Assembly: GCA_963844935.1 (NCBI GenBank)
Contig: CAWJQH010000005.1
Span: forward strand, 587,058 to 651,057
Source of the DNA: an uncultured Bacteroidales bacterium
GTDB lineage: Bacteria; Bacteroidota; Bacteroidia; Bacteroidales; VadinHA17
Direction of reading: 5' to 3'
Length of the DNA stretch: 64,000 bases
Part shown: piece by piece, positions 52,323-64,000 of the stretch
How positions within the stretch are numbered: the stretch's first letter is position 1
How the letters are laid out: every line of letters starts with the position of its first letter
Translations under genes and position numbers: made by a program
Notes under the pieces: model-generated
What the model saw: only the letters and a program-made list of their open reading frames with translations
Told to the model about the DNA's origin: nothing
Databases searched by the model: none

Positions 52323-55300
52323 ATGAGCTTTGTAAGCAAAGTACTTACCGTTTTCCTGGGAGACAAGGAGGCACGCGACCTGAAGGAGATAAATCCTTTC
52401 GTTGGAAAGATAAAGAGTGAAACCGCACTTATTACCTCTCTTTCAAATGATGCCCTCCGTGACCGTACCGCAGCCCTTAAACAGGAAATAAGGGAATCTG
52501 TCTCAGCTGAAGAACAGGAAATCCGTGACCTGAGGGCAAAAGCTGAAAAAGAGGAGGATGTCAACCAGAAGGAAGAACTTTATAATCAGATAGATAAAAT
52601 TGACAAGCTGATCCTTGAGAAGCTTGAAAAAAAACTTGATGATGTACTGCCGGCAGCTTTTGCCCTGATGAAGGAAACAGCAAGGCGGTTCAAGGAAAAC
52701 GAAGTCCTCGAGGTGACGGCAAGGGACTGGGACCGTGACCTCGCTGCCATCCGTCCGTCTATAACCGTCGAGGGTGGCAAAGCCTACTGGAAGAACAGGT
52801 GGATGGCCGGCGGTAACGAAATCCTGTGGGACATGGTGCACTACGACGTACAGCTAATAGGCGGTGTGGCATTACATAAGGGTAATATCTCCGAGATGGC
52901 AACCGGCGAGGGGAAGACACTGGTAGCAACATTGCCGGTGTTCCTTAATGCACTGGCAGGCCGCGGAGTACATATTGTCACAGTTAACGATTACCTGTCA
53001 AAACGTAACTCGGAATGGATGGGCCCGCTGTACGAATTTCACGGACTGTCAGTTGACTGTATCGATAAACACGAACCTAACTCGCAGGCCCGGCGCAAGG
53101 CGTACAACTCTGACATCACCTTCGGGACAAACAATGAGTTTGGTTTTGACTACCTGCGTGATAATATGGCAATTAACCCCGAGGACCTTGTCCAGCGGAA
53201 ACACCATTACGCTATTGTCGACGAGGTCGACTCAGTTCTGATCGATGACGCAAGAACTCCTCTTATAATTTCCGGCCCCACGGCCAAGAGCGATACCCTT
53301 CAGTTCGATGAATACAAACATAAGGTCGAGGTGCTCGTTGGCGCCCAGAGAAAACTTGTTACACAGCTGCTTGCCGATGCAAAGAAAGCGATCAATGAGG
53401 GGAGGAACGACGACGCAGGTCTGATGCTTCTGAGGGCTTACAAGGGACTTCCCAAGAACAACGCCCTCATTAAGTATCTGAGCGAGGAGGGAGTCAGGAC
53501 ACTTCTTCAGAAAACAGAGAACCTCTACATGCAGAATAACTCCAAAGAGATGCCCAAGGCAACAGAAGAGCTGTTCTTTGTCATTGATGAAAAAGCCAAC
53601 TCAATCGAGCTGACTGAAAAGGGGCATGACCTGATCTCCACCTCAGTGGAAGATGCCAGCTTCTTTGTGCTGCCTGACGTTGGAAGCAAGATCGCCGACA
53701 TTGAAAAGACCGTAAAGGATGAGACTGCCAGGATGAGAGCCAAGGATGCGCTGCTCCAGGACTTTGCAGTCAAATCGGAACGGGTCCATACAATGACGCA
53801 GCTTCTCAAGGCTTATACACTGTTCGAGAATGATGTCGAATATGTGGTGATGGACAACAAGGTGAAGATAGTGGATGAACAGACAGGCCGTATACTTGAG
53901 GGACGCCGCTACTCGGACGGACTGCACCAGGCCATCGAAGCCAAGGAAAATGTCAAGGTCGAAGCATCCACGCAGACATATGCCACAATCACCCTCCAGA
54001 ATTACTTCAGGATGTATCATAAGCTGGCCGGTATGACCGGCACGGCCGTCACCGAGGCAGGAGAGCTGTGGAATATTTATAAGCTTGACGTTGTAGTCAT
54101 CCCCACCAATGTGCCTGTAATCAGGAATGACCATGAAGACCTTGTCTATAAAACAAAGCGGGAAAAATACAATGCCGTTATTGACGAGATAGTAAATCTC
54201 AACAAGCAGGGGAGACCTGTACTCGTTGGTACGACTTCCGTTGAGATATCGGAGCTGCTCAGCCGTATGCTCAAGATGAAAGGGTTGAAGCATAACGTTC
54301 TGAATGCCAAGCTCCACCAGCGTGAGGCTGATATCGTGGCCGAAGCCGGAAAGACAGGCACAGTCACCATTGCCACCAACATGGCAGGAAGGGGAACTGA
54401 CATCAAGCTCACCCCTGAGGTGCGCAAGGCCGGAGGCCTGGCTATCATAGGCACTGAACGCCATGAATCACGCCGTGTCGACAGACAGCTCAGGGGAAGG
54501 GCCGGACGACAGGGAGACCCGGGCTCATCGCAGTTCTTTGTCTCCCTCGAGGATGACCTGATGAGGCTGTTCGGATCAGAGAGGATCTCAGGCATAATGG
54601 ACCGCCTGGGACTGAAAGACGGCGAGATGATACAGCACTCCATGATCACCAAATCAATCGAGAGAGCCCAGAAAAAAGTTGAGGAAAATAACTTCGGTAT
54701 AAGAAAGAGACTGCTTGAATATGATGACGTGATGAATTCCCAGCGTGAAGTCATCTACAGCAAGAGACGACATGCCCTCCTCGGGGAGAGACTCAGCGTA
54801 GACATTGCAAATATGATGTACGATGTCACCGAGAATACAGTGAGCGTCAATAAGGATACAGGTGATTTCGAGGAGTTTCAGTTCGGACTGATGAGAACTC
54901 TCTCAGTGGATTCACCCGTGACCAGGCAGGAATTCATGAAAGACAATAACCAGGAAATCATCGATGCCGTCTACGATAAAGTGCTTGATGCATACAGACG
55001 CAAGGGTGAAGTGATCTCATCAACTGCACTTCCTGTGCTTAAAGATGTATATGAGAGAATGTCAGCCACTTACGAAAACGTGGTTGTACCTATTACCGAC
55101 GGAGCAAAAACATACAGTGTGATCACTAACCTCAAATCGGCAGTCGATTCTGAAGGTAAGGAACTGCTCCGCGCCTTTGAAAAGACCGCGGTGCTCGCAA
55201 CGATCGACGACGCCTGGAGGGAACACCTTCGTGAAATGGATGACCTCAAGCAGTCTGTACAGAATGCTTCATACGAACAGAAAGATCCTCTTCTCATATA

Positions 55301-55640
55301 TAAGTTCGAGTCCTTTGAACTCTTCAGGACAATGGTTAACAAGGTCAACGTTGATGTCGTCAGCCTGCTGATGAAGGGTACGATTCCGATAACCTCTCCT
55401 GATAATGTAAGGGAAGCTCAGCGGCGCAGACAGGTTGATATGAGCAGGCTCAGGACACAGAAGAGTGACTTCGAGGGATACGGCAGCGGTGGCGGATCAC
55501 CGGAGAAAAAACAACAGCAGACAGCACCTGTCAGGGTCGACAAGAAAGTAGGCAGGAACGATCCGTGCCCGTGCGGCAGCGGAAAGAAATACAAGCAGTG
55601 TCACGGAAAGAATGCAGCTGATGCTGCTGCAGGTGTTTAG
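52323..55640 (+). CDS. secA: preprotein translocase ATPase SecA
   Basis: [10 protein letters not shown] Walker [30 protein letters not shown], and a C-terminal zinc motif [14 protein letters not shown]. Confidence 0.95.
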   Translation: MSFVSKVLTVFLGDKEARDLKEINPFVGKIKSETALITSLSNDALRDRTAALKQEIRESVSAEEQEIRDLRAKAEKEEDVNQKEELYNQIDKIDKLILEKLEKKLDDVLPAAFALMKETARRFKENEVLEVTARDWDRDLAAIRPSITVEGGKAYWKNRWMAGGNEILWDMVHYDVQLIGGVALHKGNISEMATGEGKTLVATLPVFLNALAGRGVHIVTVNDYLSKRNSEWMGPLYEFHGLSVDCIDKHEPNSQARRKAYNSDITFGTNNEFGFDYLRDNMAINPEDLVQRKHHYAIVDEVDSVLIDDARTPLIISGPTAKSDTLQFDEYKHKVEVLVGAQRKLVTQLLADAKKAINEGRNDDAGLMLLRAYKGLPKNNALIKYLSEEGVRTLLQKTENLYMQNNSKEMPKATEELFFVIDEKANSIELTEKGHDLISTSVEDASFFVLPDVGSKIADIEKTVKDETARMRAKDALLQDFAVKSERVHTMTQLLKAYTLFENDVEYVVMDNKVKIVDEQTGRILEGRRYSDGLHQAIEAKENVKVEASTQTYATITLQNYFRMYHKLAGMTGTAVTEAGELWNIYKLDVVVIPTNVPVIRNDHEDLVYKTKREKYNAVIDEIVNLNKQGRPVLVGTTSVEISELLSRMLKMKGLKHNVLNAKLHQREADIVAEAGKTGTVTIATNMAGRGTDIKLTPEVRKAGGLAIIGTERHESRRVDRQLRGRAGRQGDPGSSQFFVSLEDDLMRLFGSERISGIMDRLGLKDGEMIQHSMITKSIERAQKKVEENNFGIRKRLLEYDDVMNSQREVIYSKRRHALLGERLSVDIANMMYDVTENTVSVNKDTGDFEEFQFGLMRTLSVDSPVTRQEFMKDNNQEIIDAVYDKVLDAYRRKGEVISSTALPVLKDVYERMSATYENVVVPITDGAKTYSVITNLKSAVDSEGKELLRAFEKTAVLATIDDAWREHLREMDDLKQSVQNASYEQKDPLLIYKFESFELFRTMVNKVNVDVVSLLMKGTIPITSPDNVREAQRRRQVDMSRLRTQKSDFEGYGSGGGSPEKKQQQTAPVRVDKKVGRNDPCPCGSGKKYKQCHGKNAADAAAGV

Positions 55641-55660
55641 TGAAACCGGGCTAAGATAAA

Positions 55661-56539
55661 CTATTTAAGGGCTTCCATTGCCCTTGATATGCGGATTTGC
55701 ATTGACCTGCTCACCGGAACGAGCGGCAACCTGAGGGTGTTCTGACACAGATTCAGATTGCTCATCATCGCCTTGATCCCGCCTGGATTACCCTCAGCAA
55801 ATAGAAGCTCGGTAAGTTCCAGTAACCTGAACTGTATTTCTTTGGCAATCCTGAAGTTATATTTCAAGGCATGCTGAACAATCTCTGAACATTCAGCCGG
55901 ATAGGCGTTTGCCAGAACAGATATTACCCCTGCGCCACCTATGGCTGTAACCGGCAGTACATCCATATCGTTGCCGGAAATGACCAGGAAATTCTCAGGC
56001 TTATCCTTTATGACCTTCATCATATTCTCAAAGTTACCGGAGCTCTCCTTAATACCGATAATATTATCACACGACTTTGCCAGCTCAAGGCAGGTCTCAG
56101 GCAGGATGTTACTGGCTGTCCGCGAAGGCACATTGTAAAGAATGACAGGCACCGGACTGGCAAGGGCTATCTGCCTGAAATGCTGAAAAAGGCCTTTCTG
56201 ACAGGGTTTGTTATAATAGGGTGCGACCGAAAGAATGGCGTCAACGCCTTCCAGGTCCGACTCGCGGATATAACTTACAACATCGGAAGTGTTGTTCCCG
56301 CCTATACCGACGACCAGGGGCACTCTTTTTCCAATGGCTTCAACGGCAAAGGCAGTCAGGGCGCACTTCTCATCCCTGCCCAGGGTTGAGGATTCTCCCG
56401 TTGTGCCAAGCAATACGATGTAATTCACACCGCCGCCAATGACATGTTCAATAATCCTTCCCATAGCTGAAAAGTCGATGCTCAGGTCATTCTTGAATGG
56501 TGTGATGACTGCCACTCCTGTTCCTTTGAATTTCTTCAT
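55661..56539 (-). CDS. dapA: 4-hydroxy-tetrahydrodipicolinate synthase
   Basis: GVAVITPF...LLGTTGES...YNVPSRT pattern, 292 aa. Confidence 0.9.
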   Translation of the reverse strand: MKKFKGTGVAVITPFKNDLSIDFSAMGRIIEHVIGGGVNYIVLLGTTGESSTLGRDEKCALTAFAVEAIGKRVPLVVGIGGNNTSDVVSYIRESDLEGVDAILSVAPYYNKPCQKGLFQHFRQIALASPVPVILYNVPSRTASNILPETCLELAKSCDNIIGIKESSGNFENMMKVIKDKPENFLVISGNDMDVLPVTAIGGAGVISVLANAYPAECSEIVQHALKYNFRIAKEIQFRLLELTELLFAEGNPGGIKAMMSNLNLCQNTLRLPLVPVSRSMQIRISRAMEALK

Positions 56540-56572
56540 CTTGCTGAAATCCTGATGTTTGATTGTAACTTG

Positions 56573-57148
56573 TCAGGCCCTTGTGTCAGGGCCGCTGATC
56601 ATTGTAAGATAGTGCATGGCCTGCTCCAGGAAGAGCGCAATACTGAACGGACGGGATGTCTTGATCATGAGGTCATACGGTGTTTTCTCAGGCTCGCCTG
56701 AGATGTCCGGACCTACCTTCATCGGTGCAGATGAAAGGGAGACAATATAAAGAAGCTGGAACAGGGATGCAGGGTTGATATCTATTATCAGGTCAAATTT
56801 TGTATTGATGAACTCCCTTGCGTCGCCGGAAGCCGGGATAAATGCCCAGTTAATGTCTTCCTTCTTCAGGAACTTCATGTATGAAAGACCCGTAAGCCTG
56901 TCAGGAACACTCTTGCCTGGCACCCAGGTCAGTACCTCCACGCTTTTGTCCATCTCGTTAAGCTGCCTGTTGAGGGCTGCCAGATGCTGAAAATCGTTTT
57001 CGAATGTGGCATCCCAGAGTATGCCAACCTTTTTTACCTTATCAATGTCGAATCCGTGCTGCAGCCTTCTGACCGATGAGAGGCGGTTCCGGAGCATCAT
57101 CCTTCCGGCTTTTTGTCTTAGGCTTCCGAAAAGTTCCATAGAATGCAA
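56573..57148 (-). CDS. hypothetical protein between ligA and dapA
   Basis: ORF with normal composition, on the same strand and tightly spaced with its neighbours. No motif recognised. The start is uncertain, because a TAGGTTTG -7-like motif at 57146-57153 would favour an internal Met near 57100. Confidence 0.5.
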   Translation of the reverse strand: MHSMELFGSLRQKAGRMMLRNRLSSVRRLQHGFDIDKVKKVGILWDATFENDFQHLAALNRQLNEMDKSVEVLTWVPGKSVPDRLTGLSYMKFLKKEDINWAFIPASGDAREFINTKFDLIIDINPASLFQLLYIVSLSSAPMKVGPDISGEPEKTPYDLMIKTSRPFSIALFLEQAMHYLTMISGPDTRA

Positions 57149-57187
57149 ACCTATTATTTTTTTGGCTCATCCGGGCCTGCAGTGCAA

Positions 57188-60350
<3,163 letters not shown>

Positions 60351-60376
60351 GCGTTTATGGATTGGCGGATATAAAG

Positions 60377-62797
60377 CTAATGGTTAAAGCGCACTGATAC
60401 AATAATTCCGGCGATAAAAATAAAGGCTGCAAGAATAAAGGATACGTTGCTTATTCCTGCCAGTGGAACAAGAATGGTTGATATTGTAAGGTAACCAAGG
60501 GCAGATCCGGCCAGGTCAGAGGCATAGACTCCCCCGGTCGTTCCCTGAGTGCCTGGCGTTGTCAGCACCCTGTACACCGAACCGGTAAGGAAACCGGCTG
60601 CAAGCAGGAAGATGAAAATGACCGGAAGGACAACACCGGGAGCGGCTGTTAAAAGTGAGGGTGCAATAAGTCCTGTCACACCATATATGATAGCAAGGAG
60701 CACAGTAAAGATCATCATCGGCCTTGTTGTTCTGACGACGCTCCATCCTGCTCCGCCAGCAAGTCCAGCCATAAGCAGTGTGAGCACGAGGGCGGAGAGC
60801 AGGTAAATGTTACCTACAGTCATCTGCAGAATAAAGATCATTATCATGCCAAAACCGGCCAGCCCTGCGGATGCGGCAAACATCATCAGGCCTCCCCTCC
60901 GGATGAAGACAAAGGGGATTACTACAAGTAAGGCCATCACTGCAACAACTCCGCCGGCAATGCCCCTTCTCTCAAGCGAAAGCATATTGGTGAACCATGA
61001 TGAAACGGGCCTGGCTGCGGTATTGAAACCGCCAGTACTGTCTGACTGCATGGTGATCTGCCTGCTCTTATGCCTCAGATCATCATCGTCAAGATAATCA
61101 CTGTTCACATAACTGTTCTGAATACCGCTCCTTGCGGCAAGGACAGATATTGAATCAGAAAGAGGACCGTCTGATGCAATTGCATAAAGCGATGACCCCG
61201 GTATCAGTACCACGTGCATGAATACCTCTTTCATGGCATTGTAAACAGGAGAAAACCCCCTGTCGTAGCTTTCCGGGGAATAGTTATAGTAAGGCATCGG
61301 TGTGCAAAGGAAGAGCCCTCCGGGAGAGAGATGCTCCTTCACCGCCCTGAAATACTCAATTGTGAAGTACCTGCTGACCGACAGTGTGGATGGAGGGGGT
61401 ATGAGCTGCAATACGGCATCATATGTATCACTGGTTCTCCTCAAAAAGGAAACAGGATCACTTTTTCTGACGCTTACACTCATTTTCCCGGCAACGGTGT
61501 CACGCGCACCCTCGGCGGCGATGATCCCGGGGTCATGCTCAAGATAAACCACTTCGCCTATATCATGCTTTTCCAGCTGGTCCAGATGCTTCATCAACCC
61601 TCCTGAGATAACAATTACCCTGGCATACTTATCTCTCTGGAGCAGTGCAAAATGAATATTCTCCTCAGCCCTTATGACATCTCCCGAAAAGAATAGCGGC
61701 CTGTGGTCATAAAAGATTGTGGCTTCACCGCCGTAAGTGCCTGTGGTGATGTTTCCGTACGGAGTATCAATGCTTTTCTCAGCCTTCACTCCCCGCAGGA
61801 GCAGGGTTCTGACGGCAGGGTCAGGACTGAATATCAACACTATGACCGTAATCAGCAAAGCGCCTGCCAGTGCTGTTCTGCGAACCCGGGCGGGGTAGTC
61901 GGTGATAATGAAAACAAGGCTCATCGACAGAAGCAGTATGATAATGTAAAGCTGATAGTTCGAGATTGAAATCGTGACGGTTGTGGCGGTGAGTATCCCG
62001 GCAGCAACCGAGCCTCCTGTTTCCGTACTGAAACTGCTGCCCGGGACAATCGAGCTGTTTAGTTGCCTTATCGAAGAGAGCCTGATGAAGATGAATGATG
62101 AGATGAAGCTTACAGGGGCCACACTCACCGCAATAATGGCCAGTATCTTAAGCACGGAGGGTGACTCGCCCGGAGTAAGCAGCAGCCTGTTCATGAACAG
62201 GAAAATGAGCGGTGCCAGAGCCAGACCCGCAATCAGTGTCCACATCATCTTCCTGAGGTCATTTATGCCTGACCGTGCTGCCGCGATTGCACCGGCAGCG
62301 GCGATTATCAGCCATAGCCACAGAAAAAAGCCTGCGGAAGCTTCAGTTCCGCCCCCCAGAATGACCGCTTCGCGCATGAGAATAAACTGAGCAGATGAGC
62401 TGGCAAACCCGGTCAGCATAAGCAGTCTCGCAACAGCATTACCGTCAGGATCATGACTTGCATTTAACATACCTTCAGTTTCGGGACCGCTGTTTTTATT
62501 CTTCCCGAAATAATAACCCAGATGCCAGGTAAGATGAATTATTGCAGCAAAGGCCATTGCAATGCCGGCTTCCACATGCCAGTGAAGCAGATGCTCCGAA
62601 AAGGATATCTCCCACTTGTAGGTGATCTTCAGGGCCATGAACAAGCCGAACAAACCAACGATTAGGAAAGTGGACAGGAGGACCCAGTTCCAGAAACGCC
62701 TGTGGTAATCCTTTTTGAGAAAGCCTGTTGAAGAAAGAGTAAGAGTAAACAGATAAATTACGAGAGTCGTCAGTCCTATCGGCAGGGCATGATACAT
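60377..62797 (-). CDS. 806-aa polytopic membrane protein with a central degenerate spermidine-synthase-like domain
   Basis: About 10 TM segments, then a soluble region (VIVISGGLMKH...VVYLEHDPGII...YDAVLQLIPPP...YFTIEYF), then about 7 TM segments. The N-terminal 4-helix module has paired histidines (HWHVEAG...IIHLTWH). Confidence 0.7.
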   Translation of the reverse strand: MYHALPIGLTTLVIYLFTLTLSSTGFLKKDYHRRFWNWVLLSTFLIVGLFGLFMALKITYKWEISFSEHLLHWHVEAGIAMAFAAIIHLTWHLGYYFGKNKNSGPETEGMLNASHDPDGNAVARLLMLTGFASSSAQFILMREAVILGGGTEASAGFFLWLWLIIAAAGAIAAARSGINDLRKMMWTLIAGLALAPLIFLFMNRLLLTPGESPSVLKILAIIAVSVAPVSFISSFIFIRLSSIRQLNSSIVPGSSFSTETGGSVAAGILTATTVTISISNYQLYIIILLLSMSLVFIITDYPARVRRTALAGALLITVIVLIFSPDPAVRTLLLRGVKAEKSIDTPYGNITTGTYGGEATIFYDHRPLFFSGDVIRAEENIHFALLQRDKYARVIVISGGLMKHLDQLEKHDIGEVVYLEHDPGIIAAEGARDTVAGKMSVSVRKSDPVSFLRRTSDTYDAVLQLIPPPSTLSVSRYFTIEYFRAVKEHLSPGGLFLCTPMPYYNYSPESYDRGFSPVYNAMKEVFMHVVLIPGSSLYAIASDGPLSDSISVLAARSGIQNSYVNSDYLDDDDLRHKSRQITMQSDSTGGFNTAARPVSSWFTNMLSLERRGIAGGVVAVMALLVVIPFVFIRRGGLMMFAASAGLAGFGMIMIFILQMTVGNIYLLSALVLTLLMAGLAGGAGWSVVRTTRPMMIFTVLLAIIYGVTGLIAPSLLTAAPGVVLPVIFIFLLAAGFLTGSVYRVLTTPGTQGTTGGVYASDLAGSALGYLTISTILVPLAGISNVSFILAAFIFIAGIIVSVRFNH

Positions 62798-62808
62798 CGC
62801 GTTATGTC

Positions 62809-64000
62809 TTATTCACCGAAGACATAGGCCTCATAGATGTAAATCTCGGTATCCTTATCTTTCCAGCCGTCCCAGCCTATGCCCGCCTTGTCGTGAGCGC
62901 AGTAGCCGAGGAACTCGGTGACACTCCACCCCCTTTCAGAAGCTACCTGGGGCAGGAGGGTACCCGACCTGATACCTTTCTTAAGATAGATGCCGTGCTT
63001 TCCGATCTTTATCTGGCTGATGTCAGTAATCCTGACCATCGGACCAAGGACCGATATTTCAAGGTGAATATCAGGGTATTCGGCTGAAGTAAGGGGAGAG
63101 AACCTGGGATCATCGAAAGCTGCTTCCAGGGCCATTGTCGCGATTACCTCAAAGAGAGGATCGGGGGAGGTGAACCTTCCGATGCAACCACGCAGATTAC
63201 CGTCAATTGTGACTGTTACAAATGCTCCCAGTGGTTCTTTCAGGCGGGGTGTAAGCTTTGCAGGATCGACGCTGCGGGGCTTTGTTCCCTTAAGTTTTGC
63301 GGAGATGGATTCGCGTGCAATACCCAGCAAAGTCTTCTTTTCATCTGCTGTCAGCGAGAACTCGTCCATCGGAGCCAGCTTATGTGATACAGGCGGCTTC
63401 TCATCCACGACGATGGCATTGTATCCGACTACCTGGTCCCTGTCACCGTGAGGTGAATCTCCTGAATTCCTGTATTCGATATTACGGAAGTTCAGGCCGC
63501 CATCCTCTTCAGTGAGGTACAGGAGCACAAGCGCTGCCGTCCACCCGCACATGGCAGTAGAGAGATTATCGATGCCTGAAGCCTCAACCTCCCTGACGGT
63601 CTTCAGGAAGACATCAGGATCGCCGGTCAGGATGGCATCGCTGGTGAGCTTGTCCGCCCTGACGGCTTCGCTGTATGAAGGATAATGAGAGAAATCGCTG
63701 CTTATTATGAACAGGTTGCGGTCATTGAACCACGGACTGAGCTCAGAGGCTACCAGGTCAAGCATGGTGGTATTGCGTGTGCCCAGTAAGACAGGCACGA
63801 CCATAGGAGTTTTACTGAAGTGAAACTGGATAAAAGGAAGCTGGACCTCGAGTGAGTGTTCCACCTTGTGAGCGTCATCCATTTCAATGAACCATTTGCT
63901 TTTGCTGACAAGTTCATCACCCAGGGCCCTGTTAACCGGTACTGTTCCAAGGGGTGTGACCATATTGCCTGATGTGAACACGGCGGCACCTTCAAAGGAA
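62809..64000 (-). CDS. Memo-like (system protein B) and AMMECR1 (system protein A) fusion protein, N-terminus beyond the window
   Basis: Memo motifs VEHSLEVQLPF and SSDFSHY, then AMMECR1 motifs GAFVTV...LRGCIG...DPRF. The frame stays open to nt 64000. Confidence 0.85.
   Translation of the reverse strand, partial: SFEGAAVFTSGNMVTPLGTVPVNRALGDELVSKSKWFIEMDDAHKVEHSLEVQLPFIQFHFSKTPMVVPVLLGTRNTTMLDLVASELSPWFNDRNLFIISSDFSHYPSYSEAVRADKLTSDAILTGDPDVFLKTVREVEASGIDNLSTAMCGWTAALVLLYLTEEDGGLNFRNIEYRNSGDSPHGDRDQVVGYNAIVVDEKPPVSHKLAPMDEFSLTADEKKTLLGIARESISAKLKGTKPRSVDPAKLTPRLKEPLGAFVTVTIDGNLRGCIGRFTSPDPLFEVIATMALEAAFDDPRFSPLTSAEYPDIHLEISVLGPMVRITDISQIKIGKHGIYLKKGIRSGTLLPQVASERGWSVTEFLGYCAHDKAGIGWDGWKDKDTEIYIYEAYVFGE

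Noticed and set aside
53643-54754. Long antisense ORFs inside secA (273 aa and 202 aa). Similar cases lie inside the AddA-like gene (17578..18093), the kinase gene (10181..10771), the AddB-like gene (21554..22084) and ligA (57006..57569).
   Set aside because: Each lies entirely within, and antisense to, a gene with strong family motifs. The translations are low-complexity or Ser/Arg/Pro-rich with no motifs. These are typical shadow ORFs.

Overview
The window reads as a core chromosomal segment of a Bacteroidota genome. The phylum call is inferred from gene content and from recurring TAnnTTTG -7 promoter motifs placed 20-55 nt upstream of start codons. I found no integrase, transposase, CRISPR array or recognisable defence island.

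About 50 protein genes are mostly housekeeping:
- Lysine synthesis: lysC-lysA and dapA.
- Polyamine synthesis: carboxynorspermidine dehydrogenase and decarboxylase.
- Translation and tRNA modification: mnmA, rpsF-rpsR-rplI and two tandem tRNA-Leu genes.
- Replication and repair: recF, dnaA, dnaX, ligA and an AddA/AddB-like pair.
- Envelope and secretion: secA, mlaD, an amidase and lptD.
- Other: ribH, ndk, nrnA, ridA, ferritin, galK and corA.

Observations that deserve a second look:
1. An AmmeMemoRadiSam locus at the right edge (59226-64000). It holds a Memo-AMMECR1 fusion, an embedded 806-aa polytopic membrane protein with a degenerate spermidine-synthase-like domain, and a radical SAM enzyme with a twin-arginine-type signal.
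2. A peptidoglycan-salvage-like cluster (5627-11958). Its AmgK-like kinase is fused to a RapZ C-terminal domain and carries an apparent 1-nt frameshift.
3. Five intergenic arrays of 7-nt tandem repeats whose two halves are partly complementary. Four sit at gene 3' ends and one sits between the tRNAs.
4. An A10 run in dnaX followed at once by a -1-frame stop. This is a candidate tau/gamma recoding site.
5. A TIGR01212 radical SAM gene joined by ATGA overlaps to the AddA-like gene upstream and the AddB-like gene downstream.
6. dnaA joined by an ATGA overlap to galK, with an AT-rich 325-bp region upstream of dnaA.

All family assignments come from motif recognition by eye. No database search was run.
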